From: Polyangiaceae bacterium
GTDB lineage: Bacteria; Myxococcota_A; Polyangia; Polyangiales; Polyangiaceae
Direction: 5' to 3'
Length of the DNA: 64,000 nucleotides
Assembly (NCBI GenBank): GCA_035063585.1
Contig: JAPSGB010000012.1
Span: 64,001-128,000, forward strand
Of the stretch, positions 21,029 through 29,385 are shown piece by piece (the first letter of the stretch is position 1; each line of letters starts with the position of its first letter). The translations under genes were made by a program, and so were the position numbers. Under the pieces are notes generated by a model that made no database searches, had not been told where the DNA came from, and was given only the letters and a program-made list of their open reading frames with translations.

Positions 21029-23581
21029 TCAGTTGAGCTTCACCTGCTGGAGGTACCAGGCCGGCGCGTACATGCGCCAGGCGCTGCTCCCGGCGGCGAG
21101 GAAGCGGAAGCGCGCGGCGGAGGTGCGACACGCCGCGGGGAGGGAGATGCTCTGCGCGGTCCACCCAAAGCTACGGTTGATGCTGGTGTCGCCGTCGCAG
21201 TAGCTGTTACCGCAGGGACTCTGCTTGTTGGGCCAGGGGCTCGGCGTGAGCGTCACGAAAGTGGTCCCGCCGTCACCGGAGCACTGCACGTAGAGCCGCT
21301 CGGACTTGTCCACGTCGCCGGAGTAAGTGCTGTCATCGTCGAGCCGGACCTGGTACGAGAGCGTGGCGCTCGCGCACCCGGAGAGGTTGACGTTCTTCGT
21401 GTAGGTCGCGGCCTCGCTATACGAAGAGCCGTAGGGGTTGATGCCCGAGCCGCCGCCCAGGTTTCCCGGGTACCGCTGCCAGAAGGGATCGCTCTTACGC
21501 CAGGTCCAGTCGTCGTCGCTGCCGTTCCAGGCTCCGATGGTGAGCCCGGTCGGGCAGGTCTGACAGTCCGTCGAGCACGAGCCGCTCGTCTCCCCGCAGC
21601 TACACACGCCGTCGCCGCAGCTCGCGCCGGCGCACGGATCGCTGACGCAGACGCCGCCCTGGCACTGGTAGGCGCAGGTGGTGTCGATGGGCGCGTAGCT
21701 GCAGTTGCCGCCCGAGCAGGTGCCGGGGTTCTCGTAGGTGCGGCGCGTGGTCGCGTTCGCGCAGGTCGCGTCGGGCGGCGCGTTGCAGCTCACGCCCCCG
21801 CACGGGTCGGGCTTGCACGCGCCGCTCTGGCAGCCGAACTGGCAGGGCGTGTCCTGGTAGCCGTTATACGAGCAGGTGCCGCCCGAGCAGGTGCCGGGGC
21901 TCGAGAAGGTGCGGAGCGTGCTCCCGCCCGCGCACTGCGGCGCAGGCGGCGAGTTGCAGCTCACGCTCTGGCAGGGGTCGGGCTTGCAGGCGCCGTTCAG
22001 ACACCCGAACGGGCAGTTCGAGTCTTGCGTCCCGTACGTGCAAGCGCCGCCCGCGCAGGAGCCCGGGCTCGTGAAGACGCGCCGCGTGCTCGCGCTCGCG
22101 CAGACGGGCCCGGGCGGGGTGTCGCAGGTGACGCCCGCGCAGGGGTTGCCCTGGCAGGTGTCGTTGCTGCATCCGTACTGGCAGGTGGTGTCGACCGGCG
22201 CGTAGGTGCAGTTGCCCCCCGCGCAGGTGCCGGGGCTCTGATACGAGCGGCGCGTGCTCGCGTCGAGGCAGCTCGTCCCGGGCGGCGCGTTGCAGGTCAC
22301 GTTCTGGCACGGATCGGACTTGCACACCCCGCTCAGGCACCCAAACGGGCAGTGGGTGTCCGACGGCGCGTACGAGCAGGTGCCGTCGGCGCAGGTGCCG
22401 GAGCTCGCGTAGGTGCGGCGGGTGTTCGCGTCGAGGCACATCGCGGAGGGAGGGGACTTGCACACCTTGCCCGCGCACGGGTCGGGTTTGCACGCGCCGG
22501 CCTCGCAGCCGTACTGACACGTCTCGTAGGAAGGAGAGTACATGCAGTACCCGTTGTCACAGACGCCGGAGCCGAACGAGCGCCGCGTGAACGGATCGGA
22601 GCAGACGGCCGCCGGCGGCGAGTTGCAGGTGACGACGGCGCAGGGGTCGGGCTTGCAGGCGCCCCGCTCGCACCCGTACACGCAGCTCGTGGTCGACGAC
22701 GAGTAGCTGCAGTCGCCACCCGCGCAGGTGCCCGTGCTCGCGTAGGTGCGGAGCGTCGCCCCGTCGAGGCAGAGCGGGCTCGGCGGGACGTTGCACTCGA
22801 CGCCCCCGCACGGATCGCCCTTGCACGCGCCGGCCTCGCACCCGTACTGACAGTTCGAGTCGAGCTTGTCGTAGGTGCAGGTGCCGTCATCGCAGGACCC
22901 CGGGGTCACGTACGAGCGCCGCTTGGTCGAGTCCAGGCACACGGCCGCCGGGGGCGCGTTGCATTCGACGGTGAGGCACGGATCGGGCTTGCACGCGCCG
23001 TTCTCGCAGCCGAACGTGCATGGCGTATCGACGGGCTCGTAGTGACAGTCGCCGAGCTCGCAGCTGCCCTGACTCGCGTACGAGCGGAGCGTGCCGTCGT
23101 CGACGCAGGAGTCTCCGGGCGGCGCCTCGCACGTGACCCCGACGCAGGGATCGCCCTCGCAGGCGCCATCCTTGCAGCCGAACACGCACGGCGTGTCGGT
23201 GGCCGCGAAGACGCAGTCGCCGTTCTCGCAGGTCCCCTTGCCGTCCGACGAGCGCAGCGTGTTCGCGTCCGAGCAGAGCGGCGCCGGGGGCGTGTCGCAC
23301 ACCACGCCCGCGCACGGATCGCCGCCGCCGCCGGTTCCGGCCGAGCCGGACGCCCCCGCGCCGCCGCCGGTGCCCGCTCCGCCCGCTCCCGCGCCGCCCC
23401 GACCCCCAGTCCCGCTCGAGCCGCCGCTGCTCGACCCGCCGGTGCCGCCGCTCGACGCGTCCGGGCCGCCGTCCTGGCTGTTGAAGTTGTCGTCCGGGAC
23501 GAAGCTGCGGTCCTCCGTGCCGCACGCGCCGACGGCCAGCGCGAGGAGGGCGCACCCGAGGACGACCCCGAAGCTCTTCAT
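21029..23581 (-). CDS. Cys-rich tandem-repeat lipoprotein A (10 repeats of ~56 aa plus Asp-box/jelly-roll-like C-terminal domain)
   Basis: Lipobox VGAC, Gly linker, ten DPCxGVxCxxPP...C...GTCxxGxCxY...CxFGCxxGAC units. Confidence 0.88.
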   Translation of the reverse strand: MKSFGVVLGCALLALAVGACGTEDRSFVPDDNFNSQDGGPDASSGGTGGSSSGGSSGTGGRGGAGAGGAGTGGGAGASGSAGTGGGGDPCAGVVCDTPPAPLCSDANTLRSSDGKGTCENGDCVFAATDTPCVFGCKDGACEGDPCVGVTCEAPPGDSCVDDGTLRSYASQGSCELGDCHYEPVDTPCTFGCENGACKPDPCLTVECNAPPAAVCLDSTKRRSYVTPGSCDDGTCTYDKLDSNCQYGCEAGACKGDPCGGVECNVPPSPLCLDGATLRTYASTGTCAGGDCSYSSSTTSCVYGCERGACKPDPCAVVTCNSPPAAVCSDPFTRRSFGSGVCDNGYCMYSPSYETCQYGCEAGACKPDPCAGKVCKSPPSAMCLDANTRRTYASSGTCADGTCSYAPSDTHCPFGCLSGVCKSDPCQNVTCNAPPGTSCLDASTRRSYQSPGTCAGGNCTYAPVDTTCQYGCSNDTCQGNPCAGVTCDTPPGPVCASASTRRVFTSPGSCAGGACTYGTQDSNCPFGCLNGACKPDPCQSVSCNSPPAPQCAGGSTLRTFSSPGTCSGGTCSYNGYQDTPCQFGCQSGACKPDPCGGVSCNAPPDATCANATTRRTYENPGTCSGGNCSYAPIDTTCAYQCQGGVCVSDPCAGASCGDGVCSCGETSGSCSTDCQTCPTGLTIGAWNGSDDDWTWRKSDPFWQRYPGNLGGGSGINPYGSSYSEAATYTKNVNLSGCASATLSYQVRLDDDSTYSGDVDKSERLYVQCSGDGGTTFVTLTPSPWPNKQSPCGNSYCDGDTSINRSFGWTAQSISLPAACRTSAARFRFLAAGSSAWRMYAPAWYLQQVKLN

Positions 23582-23757
23582 GAGGCGCAGTCTAGTCGAT
23601 TTCTGTCGTGGCCGGCCCACCGGTCGCTCAGTTCCCGGCGCGGATGTGCGCTCATGTCGTGCGTCCGGCGAAGATGTGCGATTGCCTCCGCCGGACCCCG
23701 CGCTCGATGGCAGACGCGCCCTGTTCAAAGGGACTCCGGCGGTGCAATCTCGCCTCC

Positions 23758-24756
23758 GTGCGACTTCCTGCTTTTTGGGGCGCCCTCGCGGTGGCCGCCG
23801 GGCTGGGTACTGGGGTTGGTCCGGCGCGGGCTCAGACCGCCGCGGAGCTCGCGCAGGCCCGCAGTCACTTTCGCGAGGCGCTCAGCCAGGAAGCGGCCGG
23901 CGACTGGGCCGGCGCGCTCGCCAAGCTCGAGAGCGTCGCGCGCGTCAAGCTGACGCCGCAGGTGCGCTTCCACATCGCCCGGTGCAAGGAGCACCTCGGC
24001 CGCTACACCGAGGCGCTCGGCGACTACAAGCTCGCCGAGTACGAGGCGGGGCAGGCCGGCGCGAAAGAGCTCGCCGAGATCGCCGAGGCTCGCGCCGCGC
24101 TCGAGCAGCGCGTGCCGACCGTGACCGTGATCGTGCCGTCGGACATGGCCGGGGCGAGCGTGGAGCTCGACGGCGTCGAGCTCGGCGCGCCGCAGCTCGG
24201 CGTACCGTTCCCGGTGAACCCGGGCGCGCATCGGCTGGTGGCGAAGCGCGGCGCGCGCCGCGTCGTGAAGTCGTTCACGGTCGCCGACGGCGAGGCGCCG
24301 AAGCTGGAGCTCGCGGCCCCTCCGCCCGACGAGGCGGGCGCGCGCTCCGAGCCGTCGACGGCTCCGGGCGAGCTCGGGGACGAGCCCGCGAAGGACCCGG
24401 CCCGGGCGAGCGGCGCCGGGCCCTGGCCGTGGGTGGCGGCGGGGGTCGGCGCGGCCGGGTTCATCGGAGCAGGCGTGTTCTACGCGCTCCACTCGAGCGC
24501 GGAGTCGGACCTCTCGAGCGCGTGCCGAGGCTCGGTCTGTCCGGAGTCGATGCAGGATACTCAAGACAGTAGTAAACTATACGGCACGCTCTCGGGGGTC
24601 TCGCTCGGGCTCGGCGTGGCGGGCGCCGCCACCGCCACCGTGCTCTTTCTCACGGGCTCGAGCAAACCCGCGGAGCAGACCGCGCGCGCGCGGGTCATGC
24701 TGCAGCCCGCGGTCGGTCCCTCCTCGGGCGGGGTGCGGCTCTTCGGGGCGTTCTGA
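23758..24756 (+). CDS. TPR + PEGA-like protein with C-terminal hydrophobic helices
   Basis: Signal peptide ARA-Q, TPR-like helices, VELDG...VNPGAHRLVA PEGA-like segment, two hydrophobic helices, ends RLFGAF. Start uncertain. Confidence 0.8.
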   Translation: MRLPAFWGALAVAAGLGTGVGPARAQTAAELAQARSHFREALSQEAAGDWAGALAKLESVARVKLTPQVRFHIARCKEHLGRYTEALGDYKLAEYEAGQAGAKELAEIAEARAALEQRVPTVTVIVPSDMAGASVELDGVELGAPQLGVPFPVNPGAHRLVAKRGARRVVKSFTVADGEAPKLELAAPPPDEAGARSEPSTAPGELGDEPAKDPARASGAGPWPWVAAGVGAAGFIGAGVFYALHSSAESDLSSACRGSVCPESMQDTQDSSKLYGTLSGVSLGLGVAGAATATVLFLTGSSKPAEQTARARVMLQPAVGPSSGGVRLFGAF

Positions 24757-24766
24757 GCGGACGCGC

Positions 24767-26872
24767 TCAGTTCACGACGACCTTGCGCAGGTACCAGCCG
24801 GGCGCGCCGATCCAGTTGAAGTTCGAGCCGGTGGCCCAGAAGCGGAAGCGCGCCTTCGCCGTCCGGCACGCAGCGGGCAAGGTGAGCGTCTGCGCGGTCC
24901 AGTCGAAGCTCCGGTTCTTGGTCGAGTTGCCGTCGCAGTAGCTCGTGAGGCACTCGCTCTGGTTCGCGGGCCACGGGTTCGGGGTGAGCGTCGTCCAGGT
25001 CGAGCCCGAGTCGCCCGAGCACTGCGCGTAGAGCCGCTCGGACTTGTCGACGTCGGTGAGCATGGCGCTGAGATCGGTGAATTTCAGCTCGAACGACCAG
25101 CTCGCGCTCGCGCAGCTCGCGAGGTTGACGTCGTTCTCATAGGTCAAGGGGATGCTGTAGGACTTCGTCAGGAGCGAGCTGTGCAGGCCGCCGGTCATCT
25201 GCCCGGCGCCGCGGGTCCAGAACGGTCCGTTCGACTTCCACCCGTCATCGCTGCTCTCCCAGGTCCCGAGGGGCAGCGCGCGCGGGCACTTGACGCCGGC
25301 GCAGTCGGAAGGGCAGACGAGCCCGTTCTCGCCGCAATTGCACACGCCGTCCCCGCAGCGCGCGCTCGCGCAGGGATCCGGTATGCACTGGCCGTTCTCG
25401 CACTGGTACGCGCAGCTCGAGTCGGTCCATGAGAACTCGCAGGCTCCATCGACGCAGGTGCCGGGGCTCTCGTAGACGCGGCGAGTGGTGCGGGTCGCGC
25501 AGATCGGCGCCGGCGTCAGACTGCAGGTGAGCCCCTCGCACGGGTCGGGCTTGCAGGCGGCGTTCTCGCAGCCAAACTCGCAGGTCGTGTCGTGGTAGCC
25601 GTACGAGCAGTCCCCGTTCGCGCAGGTCCCGCTCGCGTCGTAGCTCCGCAGCACGCCCCCCACGCATTTCGCCGCGGGCGGGGCGCTGCAGGTGACGCCG
25701 GCGCAGGGATCGCCGTCGCAGGTTCCGCCCGCGCAGCCGAAGGGACAGGTCGTGACGATGGGGTCGTAGGTGCAGCCGCCGCCGGCGCAGGTGCCGGGAT
25801 TGCGATAGGAGCGGCGGGTGTTCGCGTCGTCGCAGGTCGCGGGCGGCGGCGCCTCGCAGGCGATCTCGGCGCACGGATCGGGCTTGCAGCGCCCCGCCTC
25901 GCACCCGAACGGACAGGTGGTCAGGGTGGGGGAGTAGGTGCACGAGCCGTCGCTGCACGCGCCCGAGCCAAAGGCGACCTGGGTGTAGGCGTCCTTGCAG
26001 TTCGACGCCGGCGGCGAGCTGCAGGTGACCGTCTCGCACGGATCGGGCTTGCAGGCGCCCTTCTCGCAGCCGAAGACGCAGCTCATCGTCGATGAGTCGA
26101 AGCTGCAGTCGCCGCCCTGGCAGGTGCCCGTGCTCGCGTACCTGCGGAGCGTGGTCCCGTCGAGGCAGACGGCGCTCGGGGCGACGTCGCAGACGACGCC
26201 CGCGCACGGATCCCCCTTGCAGGCCCCATTCGCGCAGCCGTCCTGACAGGTCGAGTCGAGCTTCGAGTACGTGCAGTCGCCGCGCTCGCAGGTCCCCGGG
26301 CTCACGTACGAGCGGCGGCGCGTCCCGTCCAAGCAGACCGCCGCGGGCGGCGACTCGCAGGCTACGCCGATGCAAGGATCGGGCTTGCACGCCCCGTCCT
26401 CGCAGCCGAACCCGCACGGGGTGTCCACCGGCGCATACGCGCAGTCACCGCCCGAGCAGCTCCCGCGGCTCTCGAACGAGCGGAGCGTACTCTCGTCGGC
26501 GCAGGTGGCGCCGGGCGGGGTGTCACAGGTCACCCCGACGCAGGTATCCCCCGCGCATTGCCCGTCCTCGCAGCCGGAGGCGCAGCGCGCGTCGGCGGAC
26601 GGGTAGACGCAGACGCCGTTCTCGCAGGTCCCGCCGGCGGAGAACACGCGCCGCGTCTCGGGATCGGCGCAGATCGGCGCGGGCGGCGTGTCGCACACGA
26701 CGCCCTGGCACGAGCCGCCGTGCGCGCCGCCCCCACCGCCGGTCGAGGCGTCCGCGCCGCCGTCGTCTCCGGCGAAGGTGTCATCGGGGACGAAGCTGCG
26801 GTCCTCGGTGCCACAGCCGCCCGAGCCGAGCGTGACGAGCAAGCCGCCGATGACGGCCCAAGAGAACTTCAT
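24767..26872 (-). CDS. Cys-rich tandem-repeat lipoprotein B (8 repeats; paralog of A)
   Basis: SGGC-GTEDRSFVPDD identical to paralog A; eight repeats; homologous C-terminal domain. Confidence 0.88.
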   Translation of the reverse strand: MKFSWAVIGGLLVTLGSGGCGTEDRSFVPDDTFAGDDGGADASTGGGGGAHGGSCQGVVCDTPPAPICADPETRRVFSAGGTCENGVCVYPSADARCASGCEDGQCAGDTCVGVTCDTPPGATCADESTLRSFESRGSCSGGDCAYAPVDTPCGFGCEDGACKPDPCIGVACESPPAAVCLDGTRRRSYVSPGTCERGDCTYSKLDSTCQDGCANGACKGDPCAGVVCDVAPSAVCLDGTTLRRYASTGTCQGGDCSFDSSTMSCVFGCEKGACKPDPCETVTCSSPPASNCKDAYTQVAFGSGACSDGSCTYSPTLTTCPFGCEAGRCKPDPCAEIACEAPPPATCDDANTRRSYRNPGTCAGGGCTYDPIVTTCPFGCAGGTCDGDPCAGVTCSAPPAAKCVGGVLRSYDASGTCANGDCSYGYHDTTCEFGCENAACKPDPCEGLTCSLTPAPICATRTTRRVYESPGTCVDGACEFSWTDSSCAYQCENGQCIPDPCASARCGDGVCNCGENGLVCPSDCAGVKCPRALPLGTWESSDDGWKSNGPFWTRGAGQMTGGLHSSLLTKSYSIPLTYENDVNLASCASASWSFELKFTDLSAMLTDVDKSERLYAQCSGDSGSTWTTLTPNPWPANQSECLTSYCDGNSTKNRSFDWTAQTLTLPAACRTAKARFRFWATGSNFNWIGAPGWYLRKVVVN

Positions 26873-26980
26873 CGAGCCCGAGTGTACCCGAAATGCGCGA
26901 GCCCGCTCCGAGATCTCCGAGGGGTCCTCGGTGGACATGTGCGCGAGTGTCCTACGTCCACGACAGGGAAGACGTGTCTC

Positions 26981-27007
26981 GCCGGCGACTGCCGGCGACT
27001 GCCGGCG
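26981..27007. repeat. Intergenic 10-bp tandem repeat
   Basis: gccggcgact-gccggcgact-gccggcg. Confidence 0.75.
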
Positions 27008-27011
27008 CGCC

Positions 27012-28037
27012 TCACGGCTTCATCGGGTGCGCGATGAAGAACGCCATCACCGCTTCGCCCCAGACGAACGCGTTCGGCGGCTCGCACTTGAATGAACATG
27101 CCTGGCCCTTGCGGCCGCCCGGATCGTCGCTTCCCGGGAAGCAGTGGCCGTCGATGGTGACCAGGCACGGGCCCGCGCTGTAGTCGTGCTCGAGGAATTC
27201 GAAGGCCGTGCCCTTCGCGCTCGTGTAGCGCGTGCGCGTGAAGCTCGCGTCGCCGGCGAGCTTGGTCCCCGCGTCCATCTGCCAGGCCGCGATGACCGCG
27301 TCGCGCTGGGGGATGGCGGCCCCCGTGAAGCTCACGAGCGCGTCCTTCGTGCCGTGGAGCTGCAGGATGTCGAGCTCGCGCGAGGGCGTGTCGGTGCCCG
27401 TGAAGGCGCAGCCGCTGCCGGCGGCAGGCGCGGCCGAGGCGAGCACGTCGGCGTGCTCGCAGATGAAGCGCCACGTCATCATGCCGCCCTGCGAGAAGCC
27501 GGTGAAATGCGTGCGCTTCGGATCGGTGTGCCAGACGCGCCGCGCGAGCTCGAGGAACGCGAACACCTTGTCATCGTCGGCGCCGGGCGTCCACGAGGAG
27601 AGCGGCGGCGTGCCGGGCGCGTTCGGCTGGACGACCACGTATCCGTGCACGCGGCCGAGCGCCGCGAGATGCGTGTTCGCCTCCTCCATCGCGGAGTCCA
27701 TGCTGAAGCCGTGCACGTCGAAGATGAGCCCGCATGGCGCGGTGACGCAGGCGTCCGGCACCGAGACGTCGTAGTCGATGCCGTCACAGGCGTAGCGGTG
27801 CGTGCCGGCGCTCGCGTCCTCCACGCAGCCCTCCGGGGAGGGCGCGAACGCGCCGGCCTCGCCCGCGCCGCCGGCCGCGCCGCCCCGGCCAGAAGCACCC
27901 GCCGCGCCGGTGAGGCCCGCGGAGCCTGCCGCGCCTGCGGCGCCGGCGCTCCCCCGCGCGTCATCGCTCGCGTCCTCACCGCACGCGAGCACGCCGAGCG
28001 AGAGCGCGAAGAGCGTAGTCGGGACCGAGGCCTTCAT
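27012..28037 (-). CDS. Alpha/beta-hydrolase lipoprotein (LpqC / PHB depolymerase-like esterase)
   Basis: Lipobox VLAC; GFSQG nucleophile elbow; LHGTKD; GHCFPG. Confidence 0.85.
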   Translation of the reverse strand: MKASVPTTLFALSLGVLACGEDASDDARGSAGAAGAAGSAGLTGAAGASGRGGAAGGAGEAGAFAPSPEGCVEDASAGTHRYACDGIDYDVSVPDACVTAPCGLIFDVHGFSMDSAMEEANTHLAALGRVHGYVVVQPNAPGTPPLSSWTPGADDDKVFAFLELARRVWHTDPKRTHFTGFSQGGMMTWRFICEHADVLASAAPAAGSGCAFTGTDTPSRELDILQLHGTKDALVSFTGAAIPQRDAVIAAWQMDAGTKLAGDASFTRTRYTSAKGTAFEFLEHDYSAGPCLVTIDGHCFPGSDDPGGRKGQACSFKCEPPNAFVWGEAVMAFFIAHPMKP

Positions 28038-28084
28038 GCCCCGAGCATACTCCGGGAGCGCTCGCGCCGTCCGGCTCGCGCCAC

Positions 28085-29266
28085 TCAGCCGCGGGTGAGG
28101 GTGATGAGCGTGATCTCGGGCGGCGCGCCGAGGCGCATGGGCGGGCCCCAGTAGCCGGTGCCGTTCGAGACCCACACCTGGGTGTCACCGAAGCGCCCGA
28201 GCCCCGACACGATGGGCTGCTGGAGATAGACCAGGTAGCGCCACGGCCAGAGCTGGCCGCCGTGGGTGTGCCCCGAGAGCTGCAGGCCGACGCCGTGCTT
28301 CAGCGCCTCGAGGACCGTGCGCGGCTGGTGCGCGAGGAGCACGCACTCGCGCGCGGGGTCACGCCCGGCGAGCGCGCCGGGGACGTCCTCTGCGCCGACG
28401 CGCCCGCCGTGCCGCGGGCTCGGCCTGCCCTGGTGGTCGTCGACGCCCGCGAGATCGAAGCTCTCCGCGCCGTTGCTGATGCTGACGCGACGGTTTCGGA
28501 GCACCTGGAGGCCGATGCGCTCGAGCTCGTCGCACCACGCGTCGGCGTCGTAGAAGTACTCGTGGTTGCCGGTGACGAAGAAGACGCCGTGACGGGCGCG
28601 GAGCGCGGTGAGGGGGGCGAGCTGGTCGCGGAGCGCCTCGACCGTGCCGTCCACCAGATCGCCGGTGATGGCGACGAGGTCGGGGGCGAGCTGGTTGGTC
28701 TGGTGGACGATACCCGCGAGAAAATCCCTGCCGATGGTCGGGCCGACGTGGATGTCGGTGAGGTGCGCGATGGTGATGCCGTCGAGCGCCCCGGGCAGGC
28801 GCGCGAGCTTGACCGTGAGCCGGCGAATCATCACTGCGCCGAGGCCGGTGGCGAGCGCGCGCGCGGTCGCGCCGCCCGTGACGAGCGCGGCGGCGGCGCC
28901 TACCACGCGCGAGAGGGCGAGCCGGCGCGAAGGGTCGGGGGGCCGACCCAGCGCGCCGGCGAACCGCGCGACGATCTTCACCAGATCGCCCGCGGCGAGG
29001 GTGACGAGCAAGAAGAACACCACGCCCATCCAGGCGAAGAGCGCGAGGAAGAGCCAGCGCGCGTGACCCGGGTGGATCCGGCGGGCCAGGATGAGCGTCG
29101 CCGGGACGCTCGCGAAGAGGACCGCGACCAGCAGGGTGCCAGCCTTCCGGCCCCAGGGAGAGAGGCCGACGTCGCGGACCAGGCGCGCCCACAGGTAGTA
29201 GTGCACCGAGCCCACGATCGCCAGACCGACCGCGAAGAAGAGCAGCATCGAGGCGGAGCGGTTCAT
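28085..29266 (-). CDS. Membrane-anchored metallophosphoesterase (YkuE/YaeI-like)
   Basis: N-terminal TM helices; DIH, GDLVD, GNHE, LAHQP and SGHTHGGQ motifs. Confidence 0.92.
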   Translation of the reverse strand: MNRSASMLLFFAVGLAIVGSVHYYLWARLVRDVGLSPWGRKAGTLLVAVLFASVPATLILARRIHPGHARWLFLALFAWMGVVFFLLVTLAAGDLVKIVARFAGALGRPPDPSRRLALSRVVGAAAALVTGGATARALATGLGAVMIRRLTVKLARLPGALDGITIAHLTDIHVGPTIGRDFLAGIVHQTNQLAPDLVAITGDLVDGTVEALRDQLAPLTALRARHGVFFVTGNHEYFYDADAWCDELERIGLQVLRNRRVSISNGAESFDLAGVDDHQGRPSPRHGGRVGAEDVPGALAGRDPARECVLLAHQPRTVLEALKHGVGLQLSGHTHGGQLWPWRYLVYLQQPIVSGLGRFGDTQVWVSNGTGYWGPPMRLGAPPEITLITLTRG

Positions 29267-29350
29267 GGCCGGAGCCCGGTTTCTTGAGCCACGCCGCGCG
29301 CGCCGCAAGCCGCGCGGTGTTCCGCGGCGCAGCGCGTCACCGGGAGGAGC

Positions 29351-29379
29351 TTGAAAGCGCCTTCGTCGCGTCCTACGAC
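29351..29379 (+). promoter_or_regulatory. sigma70-like promoter of aceE (probably leaderless)
   Basis: TTGAAA-N17-TACGAC ending 6 nt before ATG 29386. Confidence 0.55.
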
Positions 29380-29385
29380 GGGCGC

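Noticed and set aside
21029..26872. DGR or invertible element explaining the two paralogs
   Set aside because: No reverse transcriptase or recombinase; paralogs are diverged throughout, with no near-identical TR/VR pair or inverted ends seen.
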